From positions 1 to 55,605 of the forward strand of contig CAWKEZ010000082.1 in assembly GCA_963848545.1 (NCBI GenBank): DNA of 55,605 nt, given 5' to 3'. Source of the stretch: an uncultured Thermoleophilia bacterium. Its GTDB lineage: Bacteria; Actinomycetota; Thermoleophilia; UBA2241. The notes under the pieces are model-generated. The model did no database searches. It was given only the letters and a program-made list of their open reading frames with translations, and was not told where the DNA came from. This document shows positions 9,549-20,206 of this stretch, piece by piece. Position numbers and translations under genes: made by a program. The first letter of the stretch is position 1. The number at the start of each line of letters is the position of its first letter.

Positions 9549-10879
9549 GGCGGCTGGATTGGTCTGACGACGTTGCCGTGACCGTGGCGGCGCTGCGTGG
9601 CTTTGCGCCACCGCCCGCCGGGGTGCGGGCCGCCGTCACCGCGATCATGGACGACGTGCGGGCGCGCGGCGACGATGCCGTGCGCGAGCACACGCAGCGC
9701 CTGGACGTCGTGGGGCTGCCGCCAGACTATGCGGTCCCGGTGCCGCAGATGCGCAAGCGGCTCGACGCGCTGGACCCCGCGTTGCGCGCGGCCCTGGAGC
9801 TGGCCGCCGCCAACGTGCGCGCCTATCACGAACGCGAGGCTCCTCATGCCTGGCGCGAGACATTTCCGCAAGGCCAGATGGTAGGCCAGGAGGTGATCCC
9901 GCTGGCCGTTGCCGGCCTCTACGTACCGGGAGGGCTCGCCAACTATCCGTCCTCGGTGCTCATGACGGCCATCCCGGCCCTGGTGGCCGGGGTCGGGCGC
10001 ATCATGGTGTGCTCGCCGCCGCGCCGCTGGAAACGCACGGCCTCCGAGGGTCAGGAGGCCGCGAGCCAGGCCGGCGAGCCCATGGCGAACGCGGCGCGCC
10101 CACCCATTGCCGTCGCGCACGGCGTGGCGGCCGCGTGCGCGCTGCTCGGCCTCAGCGATCTATACCCCATCGGTGGGGCCCAGGCTGTGGCCGCCATGGC
10201 CTTCGGTACGGCCACGGTCCCGCGCTGTGACGTGATCGTGGGTCCCGGCAACGCCTACGTTACCGAGGCCAAACGGCAGGTGATTGGTGAGGTGGGCATC
10301 GACGCGCTGGCGGGCCCCAGCGAGGTGCTCATCATGGCCGACGAGGGCGGCAACCCCGCCTGGCTGGCGGCCGATCTGCTTGCTCAAGCAGAGCACGGCG
10401 CCGGCGCCATGGCCTGCCTGGCCGACATCGGCGGCGCTCTGGCGGCACCAGTTGCGGCCGCGCTGACCGAGCTCGCCACCGAGCTCGGCGTTACGACGGA
10501 CAACGTGGCCATCGTGAGGTGTCCTGGCCGCGCCGCCGCCGTGGAGCTGTGTAACGCCTTCGGCCCGGAGCACCTCGAGATTCACGTCGCCGACCCGGGC
10601 GCACTGGTGCACCTCATCCGCAACGCCGGCGCCATCTTCGTGGGCCCGTACGCAGCCACCGCCTTCGCCGACTACGCGGCCGGCAGCAACCACGTGCTGC
10701 CCACCGGCGGCTCGGCCCGCTTCGCCCAGGGCCTGAGCGTGGCCGATTTCCAAAAGAGGGTAGCTGTGGTAGAACTCGACCGCGCCGCCGCCGCCGCCCT
10801 GGCTCCCCACGTGGCGGCCATCGCCGGCGACGAAGGGCTGCGCGCCCACGCGCGCTCCGCCTCCCTGCGCGCCGAATGA
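9545..10879 (+). CDS. hisD: Histidinol dehydrogenase
   Basis: GLYVPGG, GGAQAVAAMAFG, VGPGNAYV, AGPSE, DLLAQAEH, PEHLE, GSNHVLPTGG, EGLRAHA. Confidence 0.93.
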   Translation: MRRLDWSDDVAVTVAALRGFAPPPAGVRAAVTAIMDDVRARGDDAVREHTQRLDVVGLPPDYAVPVPQMRKRLDALDPALRAALELAAANVRAYHEREAPHAWRETFPQGQMVGQEVIPLAVAGLYVPGGLANYPSSVLMTAIPALVAGVGRIMVCSPPRRWKRTASEGQEAASQAGEPMANAARPPIAVAHGVAAACALLGLSDLYPIGGAQAVAAMAFGTATVPRCDVIVGPGNAYVTEAKRQVIGEVGIDALAGPSEVLIMADEGGNPAWLAADLLAQAEHGAGAMACLADIGGALAAPVAAALTELATELGVTTDNVAIVRCPGRAAAVELCNAFGPEHLEIHVADPGALVHLIRNAGAIFVGPYAATAFADYAAGSNHVLPTGGSARFAQGLSVADFQKRVAVVELDRAAAAALAPHVAAIAGDEGLRAHARSASLRAE

Positions 10880-10889
10880 GGAGTCCAGT

Positions 10890-11480
10890 ATGAGTACGCG
10901 CCGCGCCGAGGTGCACCGCAGCACCAGCGAGACCGATATCACCCTGTCGCTGGCGCTCGACGGTACGGGCACGGCCGAGGTGAGCACGGGTATCGGGTTC
11001 TTCGATCACATGCTCACCTTGTTTGCCCACCACGGCGGCTTCGACCTGCGCCTGCAGGCCAGCGGAGACCTGAACGTTGACGGTCACCATACCGTGGAGG
11101 ACGTCGGCCTGGCCTTGGGCGAGGCTCTCAAGGAGGCGCTCGGCGACAAGCGCGGCATTCGGCGCTACGGCGCGTTTCTGCTGCCCATGGACGAGGCGCT
11201 TGCCATGGTGGCGCTCGACCTCTCCGGGAGACCGTATTTCGTCCACGACCTGCGGCTCGCGGGGGTGCGCATCGGCGAGTTCGAGGGCAACCTGGCGGCT
11301 CATTTCCTGCACTCGCTGAGTACGGCCGCGGGAATGACGCTGCACGTACGTTTGCTGGCTGGCAGCGACGCGCACCACATCGTCGAGGCGGTCTTCAAGG
11401 GCGTCGCGCGAGCACTCTCCCAGGCCTGCGAGCGGCACGGGCGCGACGATCATGTGCCATCGACGAAGGGCGTCCTCTGA
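10890..11480 (+). CDS. hisB: Imidazoleglycerol-phosphate dehydratase
   Basis: RSTSETDI, TGIGFFDHML, DGHHTVED, LPMDEA, HHIVEAVFK, PSTKGVL. Confidence 0.95.
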   Translation: MSTRRAEVHRSTSETDITLSLALDGTGTAEVSTGIGFFDHMLTLFAHHGGFDLRLQASGDLNVDGHHTVEDVGLALGEALKEALGDKRGIRRYGAFLLPMDEALAMVALDLSGRPYFVHDLRLAGVRIGEFEGNLAAHFLHSLSTAAGMTLHVRLLAGSDAHHIVEAVFKGVARALSQACERHGRDDHVPSTKGVL

Positions 11481-12133
11481 AGGCCACGCCGTCTGCTGCC
11501 CAGCCGCGCATCGCCGTGGTCGACTACGGCATGGGCAACCTGGCGAGCGTGCTCAAAGCGCTCGAACGCAGCGGCGCAGAGGTGCGCGTCACGCAGAGTC
11601 CGTCGGCGGTGCGCGCTGCCGCCGCGGTGGTGCTGCCCGGGGTGGGAGCCTTTCGTGACGCGACGACGCGACTGGCGACCAGCGGCTTGGGAGCCGCCGT
11701 ACTCGAGCGCATCGCCGCCGGCGTGCCGTTTCTGGGCGTGTGCCTGGGCCTGCAGCTCCTCTTCGAGCGCAGCCGCGAGGGCGGCGACTGGCCTGGTCTG
11801 GGCGTGTTCGGCGGCGTCGTAGACAGGCTGCAGACGCCGCTCAAGGTGCCCCACATCGGCTGGAACACCCTCGACTGGGAGCCGGCCGGGGATGGCATGG
11901 CGAGGGGGCTGCCGGTGCCGGCTGCCGTCTACTTCGTACACTCGTTTGCCGCCGTCCCGGCCGACGCCGCGGTGGTCGCCGCCACCACCGACTACGGCGG
12001 TCGTGTCGTGGCCGCCGTCGCGCGGGATAATGTGTGGGCGGTACAATTTCACCCCGAGAAGAGCTCCCGCGTGGGCCTGCAGCTTCTGGCCAACTTCGTG
12101 GGACGAGTGAAGCAGGAGGCGCGCCAGCCATGA
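11477..12133 (+). CDS. hisH: IGP synthase glutamine amidotransferase subunit (start uncertain: CTG 11477 or GTG 11516)
   Basis: RIAVVDYGMGNL, LPGVGAF, LGVCLGLQ, VPHIGWN, YFVHS, QFHPEKS. Confidence 0.92.
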   Translation: MKATPSAAQPRIAVVDYGMGNLASVLKALERSGAEVRVTQSPSAVRAAAAVVLPGVGAFRDATTRLATSGLGAAVLERIAAGVPFLGVCLGLQLLFERSREGGDWPGLGVFGGVVDRLQTPLKVPHIGWNTLDWEPAGDGMARGLPVPAAVYFVHSFAAVPADAAVVAATTDYGGRVVAAVARDNVWAVQFHPEKSSRVGLQLLANFVGRVKQEARQP

Positions 12134-12855
12134 TCGTCTTTCCGGCCATAGATATTCAGGGCGGCAAGGCGGTGCGCCTGCGACGCGGCGACTTTCACGA
12201 CGTCACCGTGTTCAGTGACGATCCCGTGGAGCTCGCCCGCCAGTGGCGGGCCGAGGGGGCGGAAGCACTCCACGTCGTCGACCTCGACGCGGCCCGTACC
12301 GGCGAGCTCGTCAACTTCGGGATCGTCGAGGCGATCGTGAAGACAATCGACATCCCAGTGCAGTACGGCGGCGGCATCCGCAGCGCCAAGAGCCTGGCAC
12401 TGGTGGCCGGCATCGGCGTGCACTGGGTAGTGATGGGCACCGCGGCGGTCACGGCTCTCGATCTGCTCGACGACGCCGTGAACTGGCTGGAGGAGCGGCT
12501 CGTGGTGGGGCTCGACTGCACTGACGGAATGGTCGCCACGCATGGCTGGCAAGAACGCTCGCAGATGACTGCCATTCACTTCAGCAAGGTGTTGGCCGAG
12601 CACGGTGTGAGGCGCGTCGTGTACACCGATACGTCGCGTGACGGCATGCTCGGCGGACCCAACCTCATCGGGCTTCGCGACCTGGCCGAGGTGACACCGC
12701 TCGAGATCATCCTCTCCGGCGGCGTCGCTCTGCTCGACGACCTGCGCCGCGTGAAGAAGCTCAATGCCCCTAACGTGGTGGGTGTCATCGTCGGACGCGC
12801 ACTCTACGAGAAGGCGTTCACGCTGCCCGACGCGCAGATGGTCTTCGCCGGCTGA
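12130..12855 (+). CDS. hisA: ProFAR isomerase
   Basis: [45 protein letters not shown] overlap with hisH. Confidence 0.93.
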   Translation: MIVFPAIDIQGGKAVRLRRGDFHDVTVFSDDPVELARQWRAEGAEALHVVDLDAARTGELVNFGIVEAIVKTIDIPVQYGGGIRSAKSLALVAGIGVHWVVMGTAAVTALDLLDDAVNWLEERLVVGLDCTDGMVATHGWQERSQMTAIHFSKVLAEHGVRRVVYTDTSRDGMLGGPNLIGLRDLAEVTPLEIILSGGVALLDDLRRVKKLNAPNVVGVIVGRALYEKAFTLPDAQMVFAG

Positions 12856-12884
12856 CAGTCGGCGCGGCGGGGGAAGGGCGACAC

Positions 12885-13691
12885 ATGCACATGAAGCGCA
12901 TCATCCCGTGCCTCGACGTGCGCGACGGGCGGGTGGTCAAGGGTATCAACTTCGTCGGCTTGCGCGACGCCGGGGACCCCGTGGAGCTCGCGGCGCGCTA
13001 CGACGCCGAGGGCGCCGACGAGCTCGTCTTCCTCGACATCACCGCCTCGCACGAACGGCGCGAGATCATCGCCGACCTGGCGGCACGCTGTGCCGAGCAG
13101 GTGTTCATCCCGTTCACCATAGGCGGGGGTCTGGCCAGTGAGGACGATGTGCGCATGATCCTCGCCGCCTGCGCCGACAAGGTGACCATGAACACGGCCG
13201 CGGTGGAGGACCCAGACCTGGTGCGTCGCTGCGCCGAGCACTTCGGGGCACAGTGCATCGTCGTGGCCATCGACGCCAAGCAGGTGGCCGGCAGCGGGGA
13301 AGACGGCCGGCTGGCGCGCTGGGAGGCGTTCGTGCACGGCGGGCGCACGGCCACTGGCATCGATGCCGAGGAGTGGGCCGTGCGCGCCGCGCAGCTCGGT
13401 GCCGGCGAGTTCATGCTCACCAGCATGGATCGCGACGGCACGCTGGAGGGCTACAACCTCGCGCTCACGCGCACCATCGCGCGAGCCGTAGACGTGCCCG
13501 GGATCGCCTCCGGCGGAGTGGGCACGCTCGAGCACCTCGCGGAGGGGCTCACCGAGGGCGAGGCCGACGCGGTGCTGGCGGCCAGCATCTTCCACTTCGG
13601 CACCTACTCGATCGCCGAGACCAAGGCATACCTGGCGGCGCGCGGCATCCCGGTACGGCAGGCTCCAGGACCAACCGTCGGCGGGCTGTGA
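12885..13691 (+). CDS. hisF: IGP synthase cyclase subunit
   Basis: [50 protein letters not shown]. Confidence 0.95.
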   Translation: MHMKRIIPCLDVRDGRVVKGINFVGLRDAGDPVELAARYDAEGADELVFLDITASHERREIIADLAARCAEQVFIPFTIGGGLASEDDVRMILAACADKVTMNTAAVEDPDLVRRCAEHFGAQCIVVAIDAKQVAGSGEDGRLARWEAFVHGGRTATGIDAEEWAVRAAQLGAGEFMLTSMDRDGTLEGYNLALTRTIARAVDVPGIASGGVGTLEHLAEGLTEGEADAVLAASIFHFGTYSIAETKAYLAARGIPVRQAPGPTVGGL

Positions 13692-14407
13692 GCGCGCCGC
13701 GCGAAGCGCCGCCCGAGACGCCGTCAGGCGCGGCCCCGGTTTCTCTCGCGGCCCTGCCCGAGTCGCAGTTTCGGCGCGTGGCCGGCGAGCTTGCCGCCGC
13801 GCGTCTTGCGATCTTTCCCACCGACACCGTCTATGGCCTGGGCGGTTTGCTCACGCCGAGCGTGCTGGCCGCCGTGTACGCCGCCAAGAACCGCGTCGCG
13901 GGCAAGCCGCTGCAGGTCATCTTTCCCACGGTCGAGTTCCTGGAGAGCGCCCTGGCCCTGCCACCCAAGCTGGCCGACGCCGTGCGCCGCCTGCTGCCCG
14001 GTCCTTTTACGCTGCTGCTGCCGTATCCGCCGGGCCTCGGCTTCCCTCCTCCCGGCGAGGCGTCTCATCACGTGCACACCACGTTCGGTGTGAAGGTGGA
14101 GAAGGTCGCCACACTGGGGGTGCGGGTGCCGCTGTGGCCCGACGCTGAGCGCTTCATGGCCAGCCTGCCGTTTGCCCTGCTCGCCTCCAGCGCCAACCCC
14201 AGCGGGGGCAGCGCGCCGCGCGCCCTCAGCGAGGTGGATCCCAGCCTGCTGAAGGCCTGCGATCTGGTGCTCGACGGCGGCCTCCTGAGGGGTCTGGCTT
14301 CGTCCATCGTCGATCTCAGCACATACGCCGCCGACGGGCACTGGCGTCTGCTGCGCACGGGTAGCGTGGGCGAAGAGGGCATCGTCGCGCTCCTGACCAC
14401 TGGGTGA
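13688..14407 (+). CDS. tsaC: L-threonylcarbamoyladenylate synthase (TsaC/YrdC short form)
   Basis: [47 protein letters not shown] overlap with hisF. Confidence 0.85.
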   Translation: MSAPREAPPETPSGAAPVSLAALPESQFRRVAGELAAARLAIFPTDTVYGLGGLLTPSVLAAVYAAKNRVAGKPLQVIFPTVEFLESALALPPKLADAVRRLLPGPFTLLLPYPPGLGFPPPGEASHHVHTTFGVKVEKVATLGVRVPLWPDAERFMASLPFALLASSANPSGGSAPRALSEVDPSLLKACDLVLDGGLLRGLASSIVDLSTYAADGHWRLLRTGSVGEEGIVALLTTG

Positions 14408-14426
14408 GGGGAGGTCGCGACCGGAA

Positions 14427-14435
14427 TGATAGAAT
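14427..14435 (+). promoter_or_regulatory. Extended -10 promoter for rpiB-glyA
   Basis: TGaTAGAAT in an intergenic gap of otherwise very GC-rich DNA. Confidence 0.5.
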
Positions 14436-14519
14436 TGACAGCCCACGAAACCCTGCGGCGCGGGGTCGCAGCTCTCATCACCAAGACCAACCGTAATTGC
14501 CGACCGAAGGGGACTCACC

Positions 14520-14966
14520 ATGAAGATCGCCGCCGGTGCTGACCATGGCGGATACGCGCTCAAGCAGGCCGTCGTGCGGCGCTTGCGCTCACAGGGTCAC
14601 GAAGTGGTAGACGTGGGCACCGATTCCGACGAGGTCAGTGTCGACTACCCCGATTTCGGTCACCGTGTGGCGGCCATGGTCGCCTCCGGCGAGGCCGAGC
14701 GCGGCCTGCTCGCCTGTGGCACCGGGCTGGGCATCTGCATGACGGCCAACCGTCACGCCGGCGTGCGCGCCGCCGACTGCTTCACACCGTACCTGGCCGA
14801 GATGTCGCGGCGCCACAACGACGCCAACGTGCTCTGCCTGGGTGGGCGCATCCTCAGCGAGGACGAGGCCTGGGCGATCACCGAGGTGTGGATGGCGACC
14901 CCCTTCGAAGGTGGTCGCCACCAGCACCGTGTAGAGCTCATCGACGCCGCGGACGGCGGGCAGTGA
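14520..14966 (+). CDS. rpiB: Ribose-5-phosphate isomerase B
   Basis: [40 protein letters not shown]. Confidence 0.95.
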   Translation: MKIAAGADHGGYALKQAVVRRLRSQGHEVVDVGTDSDEVSVDYPDFGHRVAAMVASGEAERGLLACGTGLGICMTANRHAGVRAADCFTPYLAEMSRRHNDANVLCLGGRILSEDEAWAITEVWMATPFEGGRHQHRVELIDAADGGQ

Positions 14967-16231
14967 GCCCCGTCGGCAGGGAGTGGCGGCGCGAGCCGCT
15001 CTACCATCTCGACCCTGAGCTCAACGAGCTGCTGCGCTGCGAGCTCATCCGCCAGCAGGAGACGCTGGAGCTGATCGCCTCCGAGAACTTCGCCAGCCGC
15101 GCCGTCCTGGAGGCCACGGGTTCGGTGCTCACCAACAAGTACGCGGAGGGCACGCCCGGCGCCCGCTACTACGGCGGCTGCGAGACCGTCGACAAGGTCG
15201 AGCAGCTCGCCATCGACCGCTGCAAGGCTCTCTTCGGGGCCGAACACGTGAACGTGCAGCCGCACTCCGGCTCGTCGGCTAATCTGGCCACGCTCTTCGC
15301 CTTGCTCGACCCCGGCGACACCGTGATGGGCATGGAGCTGGCTCACGGCGGCCACCTCACCCACGGCCTCGACATCAACTATTCGGGTCGCACGTACAAC
15401 GTGGTGCCCTACCACGTACGCGCCGACACTGAGACCATCGACTACGACGAGGTGCGCGAGCTGGCTCTCGCCCACCGACCGAAGCTGATCATCTGCGGCT
15501 ACAGCTCGTACCCGCGCACCATCGATTTCGCCGCCTTTCGCGAGATCGCCGACGAGGTCGGGGCCCTGCTGATGGCCGATATCGCCCATATCGCCGGGCT
15601 CGTCGCGGCCGGCGTGCACCCCAACCCCGTGCCGCACTGCGACGTTGTCACGAGCACCACGCACAAGACGCTCACCGGACCGCGGGCCGGGCTCATCATG
15701 TGTCGTGCCGAGCACGCGCGGGCGATCGACCGGGCGGTGTTTCCGGGCATGCAAGGCGGCCCCTTGATGCACGTGATTGCCGCCAAAGCCGTATGCCTGC
15801 GCATCGCCGCGAGCGAGGAGTTCCGCCGCCTGCAGCGCCAGATCGTGATCAACTGCGCCGCGCTGGCCGAGACGCTGGCCGACGGAGGGCTGCGCCTCGT
15901 CTCGGGCGGCACCGATACTCACCTTGCCCTGCTCGACCTGCGTAGCACCGGCCTTAACGGCCTCGAATGCCAGAACCTCCTGGAGAGCGTGCACATCACT
16001 GCCAACCGCAATGTGGTGCCGTTCCAGGAAGGGTCTTTTAACGTGGCCAGCGGGCTGCGCGTGGGGTCCCCTGCGGTCACCACTCGCGGCTTCATGGAGC
16101 CCGAGATGCGGCAGACCGGCGCTCTGATGCTGCGCGCCCTCGAGGCCCGCGACGACGCCGCCGCTCTGGCCGAGATCGGGCACGAGGTAGTCGAGCTCCT
16201 CGACCGCTTCCCGCTTTACGAGTTCCTGTGA
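14963..16231 (+). CDS. glyA: Serine hydroxymethyltransferase
   Basis: [41 protein letters not shown] (PLP lysine), QGGP. Confidence 0.97.
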   Translation: MSPVGREWRREPLYHLDPELNELLRCELIRQQETLELIASENFASRAVLEATGSVLTNKYAEGTPGARYYGGCETVDKVEQLAIDRCKALFGAEHVNVQPHSGSSANLATLFALLDPGDTVMGMELAHGGHLTHGLDINYSGRTYNVVPYHVRADTETIDYDEVRELALAHRPKLIICGYSSYPRTIDFAAFREIADEVGALLMADIAHIAGLVAAGVHPNPVPHCDVVTSTTHKTLTGPRAGLIMCRAEHARAIDRAVFPGMQGGPLMHVIAAKAVCLRIAASEEFRRLQRQIVINCAALAETLADGGLRLVSGGTDTHLALLDLRSTGLNGLECQNLLESVHITANRNVVPFQEGSFNVASGLRVGSPAVTTRGFMEPEMRQTGALMLRALEARDDAAALAEIGHEVVELLDRFPLYEFL

Positions 16232-16731
16232 GCGAACCGGGCGACAAGCGCGAAGAAGCGGAGAGCTCGCGCGCGCCGCGGCCGAGCTGGAACCAGTACT
16301 TCCTGCAGCTCGCCCGGCAAGCCGCCACCCGATCCACCTGTCTGCGCCGTCAGGTCGGAGCCGTGCTGGTGCGCGACAAGCGTCTGCTGGCCACGGGCTA
16401 CAATGGAGCCCCGCGCGACACGGCGCACTGCCTCGACGTGGGCTGCCTGCGGGAGCAGCTCGGTATCCCCTCGGGCGAGCGTCAGGAGTTGTGCCGCGCC
16501 ATTCACGCCGAGCAGAACGCCATCATCCAGGCCGCCGTGCACGGCGTGGCCATCGACGGTGCCACGCTGTACACAACGCTGCAGCCGTGCATGCTGTGCG
16601 CCAAAATGCTCATCAACTGCGGTGTAAAAGAGATCTACTACCTCGACGGCTACCCCGACGACCCCGATGGTCTGGCGCTACAGATGTTCGCGGAGGCCGG
16701 CGTCACCCTCCGCAAGGAGGATCTGCCATAG
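16228..16731 (+). CDS. dCMP deaminase / ComEB family zinc deaminase
   Basis: [36 protein letters not shown]. Confidence 0.9.
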   Translation: MSEPGDKREEAESSRAPRPSWNQYFLQLARQAATRSTCLRRQVGAVLVRDKRLLATGYNGAPRDTAHCLDVGCLREQLGIPSGERQELCRAIHAEQNAIIQAAVHGVAIDGATLYTTLQPCMLCAKMLINCGVKEIYYLDGYPDDPDGLALQMFAEAGVTLRKEDLP

Positions 16732-17838
16732 GCGGTCTCATCAACTTGACGAGTCCCATCCGCACGGCTGTGCTGGGCTTCATCGTCGCCGCGGCGCTCG
16801 TCTACCTTCTCACCCCGTTGATGGGTCGTCTGGCGAACAGCACGGGAGCCGTCGACAAGCCCACCGACGGCCGCCGCATGCACGTGCTGGCCACGCCATT
16901 GCTCGGCGGCTTGGGCATGTACCTAGGCTGGATGATCACCGTGATGCTCCTGGTCAAGGTCGACCGGCCGGTGTGGGGCATCATCGGCGGCGCCACGATC
17001 GTGGTGGCGGTGGGCCTCTTCGACGATCTCTACGAGCTCGAAGCCCAGCGTCAAGTTCATCGGTCAGCTCCTGGCGATCGGCGTGGCCATCTTCTTCGGC
17101 ATCCGGGTGAACCATATGGGGCTACCGTTCACGCATGTCATGCTGCACTTCCCACTCAGTGTCTCGGTGCTCGTCACGGCGTTCTGGACGGCCATGATCA
17201 TCAACATGGTGAACTTCATCGACGGCCTCGACGGGCTCGCCGCCGGAGTGTGCGGCATCTCGGCGCTCACCTTCTCGATCATCTCGCTCAGCACTGGGTT
17301 TCCGGCCGCCGGCGTGATCGCCGCCGTGCTGGCCGGCGCGACCTTCGCCTTCTTGCGCTTCAACTTCCATCCGGCGAGCATCTTCATGGGCGACGCCGGA
17401 TCCATGCTGCTCGGTTTCGTGCTTGCCTGCATGAGCGTGCAGAGCGTGATGAAGGGCACCGCGGCAGTGGCCCTGGTGCTACCTCTGCTGGTGCTGGGGG
17501 TGCCGTTCGTCGACCTGTTCCTCATAGTCTGGCGCCGCTGGCGCCGCGGCGTGCCGTTCTACTCGCCGGGCCAGGACCACGTGCATCACGACCTGGTCCT
17601 GGTGCACGGTTTCTCGCAGCGGAAGAGCGTCTTGCTGCTCTACGTGTGGTGTCTTCTCCTCAGTGCTCTGGCGATCGCCATGCAGCGCGGCACGGTGTGG
17701 GCCATAGCTGTGCTCGGCGTCGCGGCCACGATCGCCACCGTGTATATGGCTCAGCTTCTCAGTCGCTATCGCTCGCGCCGTCACGGGCTGCCCGACCCAC
17801 TGGGGCAGCAGCCGCCCGGCCACCCCGGCCTCAAGTGA
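16728..17838 (+). CDS. MraY/WecA/TagO family undecaprenyl-phosphate GlcNAc-1-phosphate transferase (indel near 17047; start ATA 16728 or TTG 16746)
   Basis: GAVDKP..RRMH...[44 protein letters not shown]. Confidence 0.88.
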
Positions 17839-17854
17839 CGGCCGCGATTGCGCG

Positions 17855-17883
17855 TTGCGAGCACCGGGACCGGCAGGTATAGT
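17855..17883 (+). promoter_or_regulatory. Sigma70-type promoter of the atp operon
   Basis: TTGCGA-N17-TATAGT directly upstream of the first atp gene. Confidence 0.7.
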
Positions 17884-17937
17884 GTGACGCCTGAAACACC
17901 GAACGACGACAAGGGCGACCGTCAGCGAGGCCCGTCC

Positions 17938-18105
17938 GTGTCGGCTGAGTCGATCGCCTTCTTGCTTCTGGCGGGTGTGGCCGTGGGCCTTGGGTTCGGG
18001 GCCGCCGTCGACTGGCTCGTTCACACATTTCCGTTATTTACGGTAGTCGGCGTGTTCGTGGGGTTCGCCCTGGCACTCTACGCCGTGTACCTGGAGACGA
18101 AGTAG
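17938..18105 (+). CDS. AtpZ/AtpI family small membrane protein
   Basis: GLGFGAAVDWLVHTFPLFTVVGVFVGF two-helix pattern at the head of the atp operon. GTG start after GAGG (start inferred). Confidence 0.75.
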   Translation: MSAESIAFLLLAGVAVGLGFGAAVDWLVHTFPLFTVVGVFVGFALALYAVYLETK

Positions 18106-18126
18106 ACCGCTCAAGGAGGACGAGAC

Positions 18127-18507
18127 ATTACTCGCAAGCAGACCATCGCTCCGCTCGTTCTCGCCGGCATGGTGCTGGTGTGTGCGTGCGTGGCAGCTTT
18201 GATCGGCAGACCAATCTGGGCCGCCGCGGCGGGGGCCGGCCTCACCATCGTCTATTGGGGGCTGGAAGTACTCACCTGGCATCGCGCCCGCGAGCGGCAC
18301 GACCTGGCTCTGGGGCTCGCCATCGGGGGCATGGTCGTGCGCTTACTCGTGGTGCTCGCCGGTCTGGCCGCCGTCGCGCTGCTGGCGCATGCCGCCGCCG
18401 GGACGGCGACGCTCTCGTTTCTCGCCGGCTTCACCGTCTACCTGGGCCTTCGTCCACTCACCTACAGCGACCCGGCCCGTCCTGCTCCCAGGGCAGGTGT
18501 GAGATGA
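18127..18507 (+). CDS. ATP synthase protein I-like membrane protein (probable ATT start)
   Basis: About four hydrophobic segments with GMVVRLL. ATGA overlap with atpB. AAGGAGG sits 7 nt before the in-frame ATT at 18127. Confidence 0.65.
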   Translation: MTRKQTIAPLVLAGMVLVCACVAALIGRPIWAAAAGAGLTIVYWGLEVLTWHRARERHDLALGLAIGGMVVRLLVVLAGLAAVALLAHAAAGTATLSFLAGFTVYLGLRPLTYSDPARPAPRAGVR

Positions 18508-19358
18508 AGAAGGGCATGAAGTGGATCTGGCTGCTAGTGGCGCTCCTGGCGTTGGTCGGCCTGTTCCTCATCCCCGGCGGGCACAAGCAGACGGTGCAGG
18601 TCGCGCAGGAGTTCCAGCTGGAGCCCATCATCAAGCTGCCGGCCATCGGACCGATCGACCTCTCGGTGACCAAGGCCGTCATCTACCTGTGGCTCACCAC
18701 CGCCATCCTGGTGGTCGTGGCCCTCGTCGTCGGGCGCAGCCTCAAACAGCGGCCCGGCCGTTTCCAGGCGTTCCTCGAGGTGCTGTACTCACTGGCGCGC
18801 GACGGCATCGTGCGCAGCACCATGACGAGCGGCTCTGAGACCTGGTTCCCATACGTCGGGGCCGCCTTCTTCTTCGTTCTCGTCTGCAACTTGCTGGGTC
18901 TCATCCCGATGCCCTTCGGCGATCACCATCAACTCTCGTTCTACGCGGCCACCGGCAACCTCAACGTAACCATCGCGCTGGCCCTGCTCACGTTCATCTT
19001 CACCCACTACGCGGGTGTCCGTAAGAAGGGCGCCGTCGGCTACCTGCGAAGCTGGGCCATTCCCTCGGCGCCGCCGGTGCTGCGACAGCTCATCTGGGCC
19101 ATGCACATCATCAGCGAGATCTTCCGCCTCGTCTCGCTGTCAGTCCGTCTCTTCGCCAACATGCTCGCCGGCCACGCCATCCTGGCCGTGTTCTTCGCCA
19201 TGGCCCTCGTGTTCCAGAGCTACCTCATCGCCGGTGTGTTGCAGGCCGGGTCTGTGCTCCTGTATCTGTTCGAGATCTTCATCGCCTTCATTCAGGCGTT
19301 CATCTTTGCCATCCTGTCGGCGGTCTACATCGGTGGAGCGCTCGAGGAGGAACACTGA
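18504..19358 (+). CDS. atpB: FoF1 ATP synthase subunit a
   Basis: PGRFQAFLE, NLLGLIP, ATGNLN, SLSVRLFANMLAGH, FIQAFIFAILSAVYI. Confidence 0.96.
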   Translation: MKKGMKWIWLLVALLALVGLFLIPGGHKQTVQVAQEFQLEPIIKLPAIGPIDLSVTKAVIYLWLTTAILVVVALVVGRSLKQRPGRFQAFLEVLYSLARDGIVRSTMTSGSETWFPYVGAAFFFVLVCNLLGLIPMPFGDHHQLSFYAATGNLNVTIALALLTFIFTHYAGVRKKGAVGYLRSWAIPSAPPVLRQLIWAMHIISEIFRLVSLSVRLFANMLAGHAILAVFFAMALVFQSYLIAGVLQAGSVLLYLFEIFIAFIQAFIFAILSAVYIGGALEEEH

Positions 19359-19368
19359 GACAGATTGA

Positions 19369-19656
<288 letters not shown>

Positions 19657-19699
19657 GCGGGCGGGTCGTGCTCGCGGCCGGAAGAGAGATGAGTGTGGC

Positions 19700-20206
19700 A
19701 TGCTGAATCTGTCTTGGGGTCTCATGGTATGGACCCTCATCACGTTCGGTATCTCGGTGTTCGTGCTGTGGCGCTACGCGTTCAATCGACTCAAAGCCCT
19801 CATCGACCAGCGCCGCCAGACGGTTCAGGATAGCCTCGACGCGGCCGAGCAGACGCGCGCCGAGGCACACCGTCTCCTCGACGAGTACAAGGAGACGCTC
19901 GCCAAGGTTCGTGGCGAGGCTGAGGAGATCCTCGAACGCTCGCGCACCACGGCGAGCACGCCGAAAGCGAGCTCCTCGCCGAGGCGAAGGCGCAGTCGGA
20001 GCGCGTGCTGACCCAGGCGCACGAGCAGATCGAGCGCGACACCCGTGCCGCGTTGCGGGAGCTCAGGCCAGATCGCCGAGCTCACGGCTCTGGCCACCGA
20101 GAAGGTGACGGCGCGCACCCTCGACGAGGCCGATCAGCGGCGTCGCATCGACGAGGCGCTGGCCGAGCTCAAGATCGAAGAGCTCGGCATGGAGAGCCAG
20201 GCGTGA
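19700..20206 (+). CDS. atpF: FoF1 ATP synthase subunit b (2 indels)
   Basis: WTLITF..LWRYAF transmembrane helix plus a charged coiled coil across three frames. Follows atpE. Confidence 0.85.

Noticed and set aside
14408-14519. ZMP/ZTP riboswitch upstream of rpiB-glyA
   Set aside because: GGTCGCGACCGG resembles the start, but the GGTGGG..CCAC element and GCCTGGGC 3' motif are absent, and a -10 box lies within it.
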